Positions 40,111 through 47,998 of a DNA stretch of 64,000 nt are shown here, in pieces (within the stretch, counting starts at the first letter, position 1; each line of letters begins with the position of its first letter). The translations under genes and the position numbers were made by a program. Origin of the DNA: a virus (taxonomy: Duplodnaviria; Caudoviricetes); IMG/VR virus record IMGVR_UViG_3300021387_000681, positions 27,273 to 91,272 of that record; one strand, 5' to 3'. Under the pieces are notes generated by a model. That model was not told where the DNA came from, made no database searches, and worked only from the letters and a program-made list of their open reading frames with translations.

Positions 40111-40370
40111 AGTACTACTTTCACAAGCAGTACTGTGAGAACAAACCTTTCCATATTTATTAAAACTACTTTCACAAGTAGAGTTAATACATACAATTAA
40201 CATAAAAACCTTATTAATAACATAACCAAAAACAATACAATCAGAGTAGTACCGAGAGTGGGACTTGAACCCACACGAACTTTATCAGTTCAACAGATTT
40301 TAAGTCTGTCATGTCTACCTATTCCATCATCCCGGCGATTATTAGTACTACTTTCACAAGCAATACTAAT
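40111..40370 (-). repeat. Three copies of a GUGA-tetraloop hairpin (40111-40134, 40164-40182, 40341-40370)
   Basis: Shared core ACTACTTTCACAAG(C/T)A; minus-strand stem AGTACTGCTT-GTGA-AAGTAGTACT. Confidence 0.8.
40250..40336 (-). tRNA. tRNA-Leu(TAA)
   Basis: Cloverleaf with ACAGA-CTTAAAA-TCTGT, long variable arm, GGTTCAAGTCC. Confidence 0.95.
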
Positions 40371-40390
40371 ATTAAAAACTATGAGAAAGT

Positions 40391-40681
40391 TTACCGCTTT
40401 ATAAATTTTGTGCTAACAGTCTTTGCAAGTTTATTAGCCAAATCAATAACTATAGCTTTCTTTTTAATACAAACTATAACGTTTTTACCTTTGTTATAAA
40501 ACATGGATGTAAAACATTGTAGTCCAGTTTTATGTTCTACACCTTTTTTATCTAGAACAAAAATATGTTTGCGATTGTCATCAAAGATAACACCTATAGC
40601 ATTACTTTTGTTCTTTATTTCAGAAAGACCCGCAAAATCATTAACAAGTCCATTAAAATCCTTTTTAAGAATAGTTACCAT
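40391..40681 (-). CDS. Hypothetical protein
   Basis: 96-aa ORF. Confidence 0.6.
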   Translation of the reverse strand: MVTILKKDFNGLVNDFAGLSEIKNKSNAIGVIFDDNRKHIFVLDKKGVEHKTGLQCFTSMFYNKGKNVIVCIKKKAIVIDLANKLAKTVSTKFIKR

Positions 40682-40794
40682 ATTTAATATTTTTATGAAA
40701 TTTAGCTTTTAAAAGCTCAGTGTGAAAATAGTCATTGTAGTAAGGTAAACAATTAAAACAATAATTACTCATCACACTGAAGCTATTATCAGCT

Positions 40795-40914
40795 TTATAT
40801 GTTATTTACTCCGTCTTTAATATCTCTAAATATACGAATTGCTATGTGCATAATATAAACTGTACCAGCAGCTACAAGCACATCAACAATATATAAAAGA
40901 ATTTTCCACCACAT
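40795..40914 (-). CDS. Small membrane protein (39 aa, not in the ORF track)
   Basis: MWWKILLYIVDVLVAAGTVYIMHIAIRIFRDIKDGVNNI. Confidence 0.55.
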   Translation of the reverse strand: MWWKILLYIVDVLVAAGTVYIMHIAIRIFRDIKDGVNNI

Positions 40915-40917
40915 AGT

Positions 40918-41268
40918 TTAATATTCAAAATCTTCTTTATAATCTTCATAGCTAACGACTTCATCATCGTTATCTTCAAGATAATTCATATAAGAATATT
41001 TAATGTAACTCTCGGGTTTAATCTCTTCAACATATGGAAAAATGTTTTTATCATAAACAACATCTTTTATTAAATTGTCAGCTGCTTCGATATATTCAGT
41101 TTTAAATTGAAGAGTATTATAATTGGCATATTCAATATCATTTAGATAGTGAGAATTGTGTTTAGCAATATAATTACCTACACCAAATCCAATCATAAAA
41201 ACTATTAATATAGTAAATATATTTTTCCACATAACTTTATAATGTTTAGTGGTTAATAGATTTGCCAT
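40918..41268 (-). CDS. Membrane-anchored hypothetical protein
   Basis: N-terminal TM helix, acidic tail. Confidence 0.65.
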   Translation of the reverse strand: MANLLTTKHYKVMWKNIFTILIVFMIGFGVGNYIAKHNSHYLNDIEYANYNTLQFKTEYIEAADNLIKDVVYDKNIFPYVEEIKPESYIKYSYMNYLEDNDDEVVSYEDYKEDFEY

Positions 41269-41280
41269 TTAACTCTCAAG

Positions 41281-41322
41281 AAAACTTAGAGCGACTGAAA
41301 CGGCACTAACAGCCGCTCTAAG
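41281..41322 (-). terminator. Intrinsic terminator
   Basis: CTTAGAGCGGCTG...CAGTCGCTCTAAGTTTT. Confidence 0.85.
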
Positions 41323-41349
41323 ACCAATAAAAATATGAAGAAAACAGAT

Positions 41350-41919
41350 TTAATCCTCACTTTCCATAGCAGCTTTAGCAGCATCTCTAGCTCTAGCAGC
41401 TACTTTCAACACTTCTTCATCAACAATACTCTGTGCAGCTTTTTCTGCAATTTCATTAAGATCCTTAACATCTTTGTCAAGGTCAAACTCAGGTTCATTA
41501 TTCGTATAATAAATACTGAGATTATTAGCAATCATTCTAATGAGAATGTTAGGAACAGCCATCATAGCTACGTAAAATTCCTTACTTGTGTAAGGATAAT
41601 CGGTTACTGTTGCTAAAGGATGTGTATTATTATCAGTCCGTTTGTAATGTCCGACTTGATAAACTCCAGGCTTTACTTCTTCATCAAACTTAACCCATAC
41701 TACATTATCTTTGGGTATTGTTCCATTCTCTTTGAGAATAGCTTGAATTACAAAAGAAGCATAACGCCTAAAATCTGCATTAGACTTCAAGAAATTATAA
41801 ACATCTAAAACATTTTGCGGAACTTTTGTTAAATTCGGTTTATTACTTCTAAAACTATTACGTTTGTTAAAACGAGGTTTATTAAAAAAGTTTCTGTTGT
41901 TAAAATTATTTCTATACAT
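41350..41919 (-). CDS. Hypothetical protein with an N/R/F-rich N-terminus
   Basis: 189 aa; has its own promoter and terminator. Confidence 0.75.
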   Translation of the reverse strand: MYRNNFNNRNFFNKPRFNKRNSFRSNKPNLTKVPQNVLDVYNFLKSNADFRRYASFVIQAILKENGTIPKDNVVWVKFDEEVKPGVYQVGHYKRTDNNTHPLATVTDYPYTSKEFYVAMMAVPNILIRMIANNLSIYYTNNEPEFDLDKDVKDLNEIAEKAAQSIVDEEVLKVAARARDAAKAAMESED

Positions 41920-41952
41920 AGTTGTAAAATTTATTAGTTATTAATTTCACTG

Positions 41953-41983
41953 CAAATATATAATATTATTCTCGAATAACAAA
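41953..41983 (-). promoter_or_regulatory. Bacteroidota primary-sigma promoter
   Basis: TTTG-N19-TATATTTG on the minus strand. Confidence 0.75.
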
Positions 41984-42130
41984 AATAATTCACAAATTTT
42001 TTATGTCATATTGTGAATTTGGTATTATTGTAGTAAGAACTTTATCAAAATTTGCAATTTCGGCAGTTATATTATAATTATTATAAATTATTTGTTATCA
42101 TCTACGTAATAGCAGTAACAAATATATTTA

Positions 42131-42173
42131 TAAAAGCAAGTGCTGCTGGTAGTACAATACTATCAGCAGCACT
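42131..42173 (-). terminator. Intrinsic terminator
   Basis: AGTGCTGCTGATAGTA-loop-TACTACCAGCAGCACT then TGCTTTT. Confidence 0.8.
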
Positions 42174-42185
42174 ATTATTAGGTTA

Positions 42186-42830
42186 TTAGAGCATGACGGC
42201 TTGAACTGCAATGAGAAGAGCTTGTTTACCAGTCGGTCCGAATTGTATATTAGTAATATGACTAATATATTGGTCATGATCGAATACTGTAGCCTCAGGA
42301 TCTTCTTGTTGACTGAAAGGATTAATATATTCTGTTTCAGCAGGAACAAGTTCTTGCAGAAACTCTACGTTAGCACCACCCAATAGTAGCACAATCCTCT
42401 TCAATTTCTCTTCCGTCGGAAGCTCTACTGCTTCCTTAATGAGAGTAGCAGCGAATACTCCCATTTCGGTTTTTTCTTTGAGAACTGCGTTCACTCCGAT
42501 ATGAGTTGTAAAGATGATGTTACTCATTTTCTCTTCGTAATCTCCATCTTCATTCTCAATAAAACGAGGAACTTTACGGTCAAGAGTAAAAGAAATCATA
42601 GCATAGTCTTGATTAAGACTATTTATCTTTTTTGTAACCGTTACATTCTTAATACGTGCCTTATATTTCTTGCAACCTTTAGCAACAAGATTTTTAATGA
42701 CAGCGTCTACACTCACTTCTCCACCAGTAGTAACATCTTCTGTTTCTATTACTACATTTGCAGGTTCTTCAGCTGGAGATTCAATATTCTCAACAACTGG
42801 TTCATCAACGTTTGTTCTGTTACGTCCCAT
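42186..42830 (-). CDS. Early hypothetical protein (paralog of 45070-45696)
   Basis: 214 aa; shares a motif pattern with the 45070 ORF. Confidence 0.75.
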   Translation of the reverse strand: MGRNRTNVDEPVVENIESPAEEPANVVIETEDVTTGGEVSVDAVIKNLVAKGCKKYKARIKNVTVTKKINSLNQDYAMISFTLDRKVPRFIENEDGDYEEKMSNIIFTTHIGVNAVLKEKTEMGVFAATLIKEAVELPTEEKLKRIVLLLGGANVEFLQELVPAETEYINPFSQQEDPEATVFDHDQYISHITNIQFGPTGKQALLIAVQAVML

Positions 42831-42984
42831 AATTCAATACGTATTAAAAATTAATAATAAATTTATTTCCAACTGCTATATCTCGAGTTGGCAGAGTAAT
42901 TAGAATATTATTACGGACAATTAAACTCCTCCTGTTAAAATTTTAGGACGTTTGTCGGCAATAATATTTATAGGTTCTATAAGT

Positions 42985-43179
42985 TTATTTATTAGGTAAT
43001 AAACTTTTATCTTTAAGTATGATATATGGCTTACCTATAAACTCAGTAGCTTCAACTACATTAAAATTGTCTGAGGTAATATACATCTCTGTATCAAACT
43101 GAACTTCTAATTCTACTTGAACATTACCAAGTTTAGAACGAGCTTCTTTTAGTTTTTTTATCAGTTTATTTACTTTCAT
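42985..43179 (-). CDS. Hypothetical protein
   Basis: MKVNKLIKKL..G..V pattern common in small phage proteins. Confidence 0.6.
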   Translation of the reverse strand: MKVNKLIKKLKEARSKLGNVQVELEVQFDTEMYITSDNFNVVEATEFIGKPYIILKDKSLLPNK

Positions 43180-43448
43180 ACTAATACTTCTTCATGTTTA
43201 GCTGATGGAATGTTAATAGTACCTGTAAATAGTTTATTACCAATAATTATTTCAATTTTTGGCATAACTCCATCATAAATAATAATATGAAAATCATCAA
43301 CTTTTCTTAAGTCTACGCTATTAGGAAGTATCCTGTCAAAACAAAGTCTTTTATTTCCAAATTGTATAGTATTGGAATAATTTGGATTAATTTTAACTTT
43401 GCAATCAATACTTCCAAGTGTTGCGGTCACAAATGTAATTGTTTTCAT
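43176..43448 (-). CDS. Hypothetical protein
   Basis: Start placed at MKTITF, just after the upstream stop. Confidence 0.6.
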   Translation of the reverse strand: MKTITFVTATLGSIDCKVKINPNYSNTIQFGNKRLCFDRILPNSVDLRKVDDFHIIIYDGVMPKIEIIIGNKLFTGTINIPSAKHEEVLV

Positions 43449-43449
43449 A

Positions 43450-43902
43450 TTAATCATAATAATGGTTCGGTTCGATGTCTGTCCAAGCAAATTCACCACT
43501 TGTTTTCTTTGTACGGATTCCCATATATGGATATACGTCAGATTTGCTTGAACTACTATCGTAATAGTCGTAATCGCCGGTGTTCATGAAGTTAATCATA
43601 TCATCGGTAGTTTTAAAGTAACGGCGAATTTGAGTATCATATTCAACTACTGCATAGAGATTAGCTTGGTTTACACCCACAACAATACCCTCAGTCGGTT
43701 TACTATTAACATTAACGATTACCCGTTCCCCGATAATAGGCTCATACATTGGTACTCCCAATAAATAAGCCTTAACTTCATCAGTTAAGCAACTAAAGAA
43801 CTCCACAAAACGTTCCTTGTTTACTAGCTCAAAGGAGTTTTGCAACAAGATTTTGTGCATTTCCTTTACCACATCCGAATTTTGTTTTACTTTTCTTGCC
43901 AT
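43450..43902 (-). CDS. Early hypothetical protein
   Basis: Start placed at MARKVK, downstream of the 44041 motif. Confidence 0.7.
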   Translation of the reverse strand: MARKVKQNSDVVKEMHKILLQNSFELVNKERFVEFFSCLTDEVKAYLLGVPMYEPIIGERVIVNVNSKPTEGIVVGVNQANLYAVVEYDTQIRRYFKTTDDMINFMNTGDYDYYDSSSSKSDVYPYMGIRTKKTSGEFAWTDIEPNHYYD

Positions 43903-44040
43903 AATCTTATCATATTTTAAAGGCAACAACTCCTGCTTTATTTACATCACGATTAGTAGCAGCAGTATCTACTAATCGATATAGAGCTGATTTGGCTTTA
44001 GATTTCCAAAGCGCAATCCCACCAACTCAAATTCACTTAT

Positions 44041-44060
44041 ATCTATTTAATTGAGGTCTT
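44041..44060 (-). promoter_or_regulatory. Candidate phage-RNAP early promoter, copy C
   Basis: AAGACCTCAATTAAATAGAT immediately after a terminator. Confidence 0.65.
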
Positions 44061-44067
44061 GTGTGCC

Positions 44068-44109
44068 AAAAAGCATTGCCACTGCCAATATTAGCAGCAG
44101 CAACACTTT
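44068..44109 (-). terminator. Intrinsic terminator
   Basis: AAAGTGTTGCTGCTGC...GCAGTGGCAATGCTTTTT. Confidence 0.75.
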
Positions 44110-44121
44110 ATACATTATGAT

Positions 44122-44571
44122 TTAGTCCGTAAAATAATTTTCTTCTAATGGAAATTTTCTCCTAGTCCACCATTCAGAACCATCATATTCATCTCTTTCG
44201 AGCCAAGTATTATCTTTGAATACAATTATACCAAAGAGTTCTTGACCACCATAACCGTCATCATAATTTATTTCAGATAAAGTACGCAAGAACTTAAGTT
44301 CATCCTCTTCAGTTCTATCGCTTCTTAAAATAGCTCGGATTATATATTCTTCTCCCCAATCATTATCCTTTTTAACTTTGGCAAACTTAATAGTTTTTAC
44401 CCATTCAATACAGCATGGTGCATCATAATGAGGAGTAATCTTATATTTTCCTAAAGAACACTGATTTGTATTATCCTCAACCTCATAATTAGAAATACTA
44501 CCAGTTTTCACAAGTTCATCATAAGCATCTTGCTCTATGACATCACCAAGTAATTCAAATAATGCATTCAT
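44122..44571 (-). CDS. Conserved phage hypothetical protein
   Basis: YDDGYGGQELFG.I.FKD.TWLER.EYDGSEWW. Confidence 0.75.
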   Translation of the reverse strand: MNALFELLGDVIEQDAYDELVKTGSISNYEVEDNTNQCSLGKYKITPHYDAPCCIEWVKTIKFAKVKKDNDWGEEYIIRAILRSDRTEEDELKFLRTLSEINYDDGYGGQELFGIIVFKDNTWLERDEYDGSEWWTRRKFPLEENYFTD

Positions 44572-44580
44572 AATAAGTTT

Positions 44581-44907
44581 TTATTTTAAATTATTATCTT
44601 CTTTTTGTTTTTTACTTAAATAACGTCTTTGAGGCTTACCATTCTTATCAGTTTTACCTGTAAGATAATAATAACCTCCTTTTTTCCCTCTATAAAGGTC
44701 ATACGTTTTCTTAGTACCATCTTTCTTTTCGACAGTAATAATACCTACTTTTTCCGCTTTAGCAGTAGTAGTATCACGCTCTACAATAGTAGCGTGAATT
44801 TGTGGAACAGTAGCGGCTTTAGCTTCACAAGCTCCTACGGTAGCTGCTGCTATAAATAGCGCAACTATCATAACCCAAATAAGGTTTTCTTTTGTTTTGT
44901 TGCTCAT
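44581..44907 (-). CDS. Exported or membrane-anchored basic protein
   Basis: Signal-like hydrophobic N-terminus (..AVGAC/AKA); C-terminal RGKKGGYYY...RRYL. Confidence 0.7.
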   Translation of the reverse strand: MSNKTKENLIWVMIVALFIAAATVGACEAKAATVPQIHATIVERDTTTAKAEKVGIITVEKKDGTKKTYDLYRGKKGGYYYLTGKTDKNGKPQRRYLSKKQKEDNNLK

Positions 44908-44991
44908 AGTTATGTTAGTTTAATAGTTATTATTAAGTCCATTTAGAAGTCCATAGTGATTTCTATAGTCCTCTTCATCAATATCATCTAT

Positions 44992-45011
44992 ATCTATTTG
45001 ATTGAGGTCTT
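44992..45011 (-). promoter_or_regulatory. Candidate phage-RNAP early promoter, copy B
   Basis: AAGACCTCAATCAAATAGAT immediately after a terminator. Confidence 0.65.
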
Positions 45012-45018
45012 ATTGTGC

Positions 45019-45057
45019 AAAAAAATATCCCCCAACACTAAGCTGAGGGATATTTTT
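45019..45057 (-). terminator. Intrinsic terminator
   Basis: AAAAATATCCC...GGGATATTTTTTT. Confidence 0.75.
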
Positions 45058-45069
45058 AATCGTGTACGC

Positions 45070-45696
45070 TTATGCTTGAGCAGCTTCAGCAGCAAGACGA
45101 TTTCTACGTCTTGTCTCGGCAGCTCGACGAGCAGCGATTTGACGAGGAGTCAATTCAGGCTCAGCAGGAGCTTCAGCAGACTCTTCAAGAGCAGGAGCTT
45201 CAGTAGGTTCTTCATGAGCCTCAGTAGAAGTTTCAAACTCCTCTGCCATAGCAGCCATAGCTGCTTTAGCAGCAGCCATAGCTTTAGCAGCGTTACGCTC
45301 AGCTCTACGCTCTCTCGATTTAGCATCAAGAACAGCCATAATACTATCCTCAGCAAGCATTTCAATACCTGCATCAGACAGCATTAGCTTGTCAATGCTG
45401 AAGTTGGTGAACTCCTCATCATCACTAAGAGCAACATTAATAGTTGCTTTAGCACCACGAAGAGCAGCGGCTAGTTGTGTAGGCGTAAGCCGCATAATGT
45501 CCATAGGAACATTAGCAGCAAACGCTTCAATTAGCTGACTCGGGAAGATAAATATGTCTTTCGACATGATTTCTTCGCCATTCTTCAACTGCGAAATTTC
45601 ATCCTTGAGATGCAATTTCACCTTGAATCCACCCTTCTTAAGAGTTACAACACAAGCGTAAACAATTTCTGCAAGGATAATAATAGTATTTTCCAT
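45070..45696 (-). CDS. First early protein; Ala/Glu-rich linker and basic RQIAARRAAETRRRNR tail
   Basis: 208 aa; GC-richer codon usage; first ORF after motif copy A. Confidence 0.8.
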   Translation of the reverse strand: MENTIIILAEIVYACVVTLKKGGFKVKLHLKDEISQLKNGEEIMSKDIFIFPSQLIEAFAANVPMDIMRLTPTQLAAALRGAKATINVALSDDEEFTNFSIDKLMLSDAGIEMLAEDSIMAVLDAKSRERRAERNAAKAMAAAKAAMAAMAEEFETSTEAHEEPTEAPALEESAEAPAEPELTPRQIAARRAAETRRRNRLAAEAAQA

Positions 45697-46050
45697 ACAG
45701 TAAAACGGTGGCTGAACACCTGTATTATCCAGTTACTCCAACATTGGAATAACTTCGTCAGCAATTGTAGGATTAATACTTACATCATCAACACCTACAA
45801 TAGAATGATGTAACACTTGTATTCATACACTTTGAGCATAAGCTGGAGCCGTATGTACTCCCGTGCCGTTACTATCGTAACTCACGCCGCAGCAGAACTA
45901 AGCGGTTTGTCATCTACACGATTGTAGAACAAGTACAACTACAATCGTATCAACAATGAGACGTAGATTCATATCTAGAACTATGACATCATCATTGCTA
46001 CAAAGCACTGAGTCACGTCTAAATAATCCTCTACAGTCAATAGCACTTTA

Positions 46051-46070
46051 ATCTATTTTATTGAGGTCTT
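46051..46070 (-). promoter_or_regulatory. Candidate phage-RNAP early promoter, copy A
   Basis: AAGACCTCAATAAAATAGAT at the head of the minus-strand block. Confidence 0.65.
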
Positions 46071-46375
46071 CTAAAACACATTGACGGGGGTAGTGGTCTC
46101 TAGCTTCAGCAACCGGGGGACTTCTAGTGCTACACCCCCTCTTACAATCATGTACCAAATTTACACTATAACCTCAAGTTCACTTATACAAAAACATTCA
46201 ATAACATTAATACTAAAACATTCAACTCAACTTACATAAAAATCTTTAATATCTTATATATTATCACTTATTTAATCATATACAATACAACATTGTTCGT
46301 CTTTAGTATAATAATTATATAATTATATTTTTATATCTATTAATAAATTAATATCTATAAAAATATAATTAATAA

Positions 46376-46419
46376 TAACGCGCGTATGCGTATATACATT
46401 ATTAACGCACATATGCGTA
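46376..46419. repeat. Two 17-bp imperfect-palindrome direct repeats in AT-rich DNA
   Basis: TAACGCGCGTATGCGTA (46376) and TAACGCACATATGCGTA (46403). Confidence 0.7.
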
Positions 46420-46472
46420 CATTATATAATATATAATATATAATAAGGTGTATTAAAATTAATATTTTTTAA

Positions 46473-46504
46473 CTTGTATTTGAACTATAAATGCACTATA
46501 TTTG
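46473..46504 (+). promoter_or_regulatory. Bacteroidota primary-sigma promoter for the + strand block
   Basis: CTTG-N20-TATATTTG. Confidence 0.65.
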
Positions 46505-46526
46505 CACTGTAAATTATAAACAAGTT

Positions 46527-46955
46527 ATGGATATTAGAGTAGATGAAGCTATTAAGAATGGTGTTTATTTAGATAAAGAAACTAATACACTAGTTGATAA
46601 TACAGAAAGTATTAATTTAGTTATTAATAGTAATAATTATCTTAAAACTATTAAAGTTACAGATATTATTGCTACTCTATTAGAACTTAATGATAGTGAA
46701 GCTGCTGTTTATACTAGTTTAATTGAAGCTAGACTTGCAAATAAAAATATGCTAAATGTTGCAGAAAGTGTAGCTAGAATTGCTAAAGTTTATGATAAAT
46801 CTGAAAGATCTATTTACAAAGCTATTAAAAGTCTTAATGATAAAAGAATTATTACTTATAGAGGTGTTAACGCCATTCAATTAAATCGAGGTTATGATTT
46901 CATTAGAAGTGTAATGAATGAACCTAAGTTTATTATAATACGTTTAACAAATTAA
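46527..46955 (+). CDS. RepL-like winged-helix DNA-binding protein
   Basis: IAKVYDKSERSIYKAIKSLNDKRII HTH; start moved to MDIRV because the promoter overlaps the upstream ATG region. Confidence 0.65.
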   Translation: MDIRVDEAIKNGVYLDKETNTLVDNTESINLVINSNNYLKTIKVTDIIATLLELNDSEAAVYTSLIEARLANKNMLNVAESVARIAKVYDKSERSIYKAIKSLNDKRIITYRGVNAIQLNRGYDFIRSVMNEPKFIIIRLTN

Positions 46956-46959
46956 TATT

Positions 46960-47496
46960 ATGATTACTCTTACAAGTAAAACAAAAGATTTTGCAATAAA
47001 TTTGCCAACTAATTTTGAAGAAATTACTCCAGAATATTTAACTAATATAACAAGCAATATTAAACTTGCAGAACATTATAGTATAGTGGCTATATGTAAA
47101 CATGTAGATATTGCTCAATTTATATTAGCTAATACTGGAAATAAAAATGCTAATACTCTAGTGAATTATACTGCAATATTAGCTAAAGGAAGTAAAGATT
47201 CTCCTATAGGTTCTAAATTACTAATTGATAAACAAGGACTTGATTATTCACAAACTATATATATTAATACAGCTATTTCTGATAATTTTGTATTTAATTA
47301 TATAGAAAGTGATCCTGATATGAGAAAAGCTCTCATTACTAATTTAAAGAGTTGTAAAGTTTATCTATTAAGTTTTAAACTAGTTCCTAATTCATCTATA
47401 CATGGATATGTTATTGGGGATTTAGATATTAATAAAGATAACTTTTATAGAACAGCAGCTGACAAATCCATGAATATTCCCTTTACGGGGAAATGA
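46960..47496 (+). CDS. Conserved crAss hypothetical protein
   Basis: NLPT..EIT.EYL...T..I.LA..YSIVA...FKLVP...IHG. Confidence 0.7.
   Translation: MITLTSKTKDFAINLPTNFEEITPEYLTNITSNIKLAEHYSIVAICKHVDIAQFILANTGNKNANTLVNYTAILAKGSKDSPIGSKLLIDKQGLDYSQTIYINTAISDNFVFNYIESDPDMRKALITNLKSCKVYLLSFKLVPNSSIHGYVIGDLDINKDNFYRTAADKSMNIPFTGK
47477..47492 (-). repeat. Dispersed CCCCGTA motif copy 12 (3' end of CDS)
   Basis: TTCCCTTTACGGGGAA. Confidence 0.9.
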
Positions 47497-47512
47497 CGAA
47501 TGATATACAATT

Positions 47513-47998
47513 ATGAAAGTTAGTCCAGAATTAGTTATTAAAGAAATATCTGATATTCTATTGGATATTGATGAAGATGATAGAGCGTTATGTGATGATA
47601 TAATAACTAATTTAGAAAAAACTGCTGTAGATTATATTAGAAAGAATAAAGTAATAAAAATTCCTTATATAGGAAATTATGCTTTTAATAGATTATATTT
47701 AAACTTAAAAGAACATCATAAGGAACTTAAAGCTTATAGAAAAACAGTTGATATAGGTACTTATAAAGATACTGTTAGAAATTTAGTTAAAGATGAAAAA
47801 GAAAAATTAAATAGAGAAATTAAAACTGAACTTCATCTTAATAAATTCAGAACTAAAAATAAGAAAAGATATTATGAACTTGCTACTAAACATGGAGTTA
47901 CTTATGCTAAAGTTTGGTTAATTTTTCATTATAAAGCAACTCCTGTTCCTTTTGATGAAGAAGTACAACGTATGTTTGAAGTATATGAAGAATGTTAG
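47513..47998 (+). CDS. IHF/HU-like DNA-binding protein
   Basis: Helices then K.IKIPYIGNY (HU-like strand); typical crAss position. Confidence 0.5.
   Translation: MKVSPELVIKEISDILLDIDEDDRALCDDIITNLEKTAVDYIRKNKVIKIPYIGNYAFNRLYLNLKEHHKELKAYRKTVDIGTYKDTVRNLVKDEKEKLNREIKTELHLNKFRTKNKKRYYELATKHGVTYAKVWLIFHYKATPVPFDEEVQRMFEVYEEC

Noticed and set aside
40111-40182. Mini-CRISPR array (repeat, ~29-nt spacer, repeat)
   Set aside because: Only ~14 nt are shared, the third copy is separated by a tRNA, there is no recognisable CRISPR repeat and no cas genes
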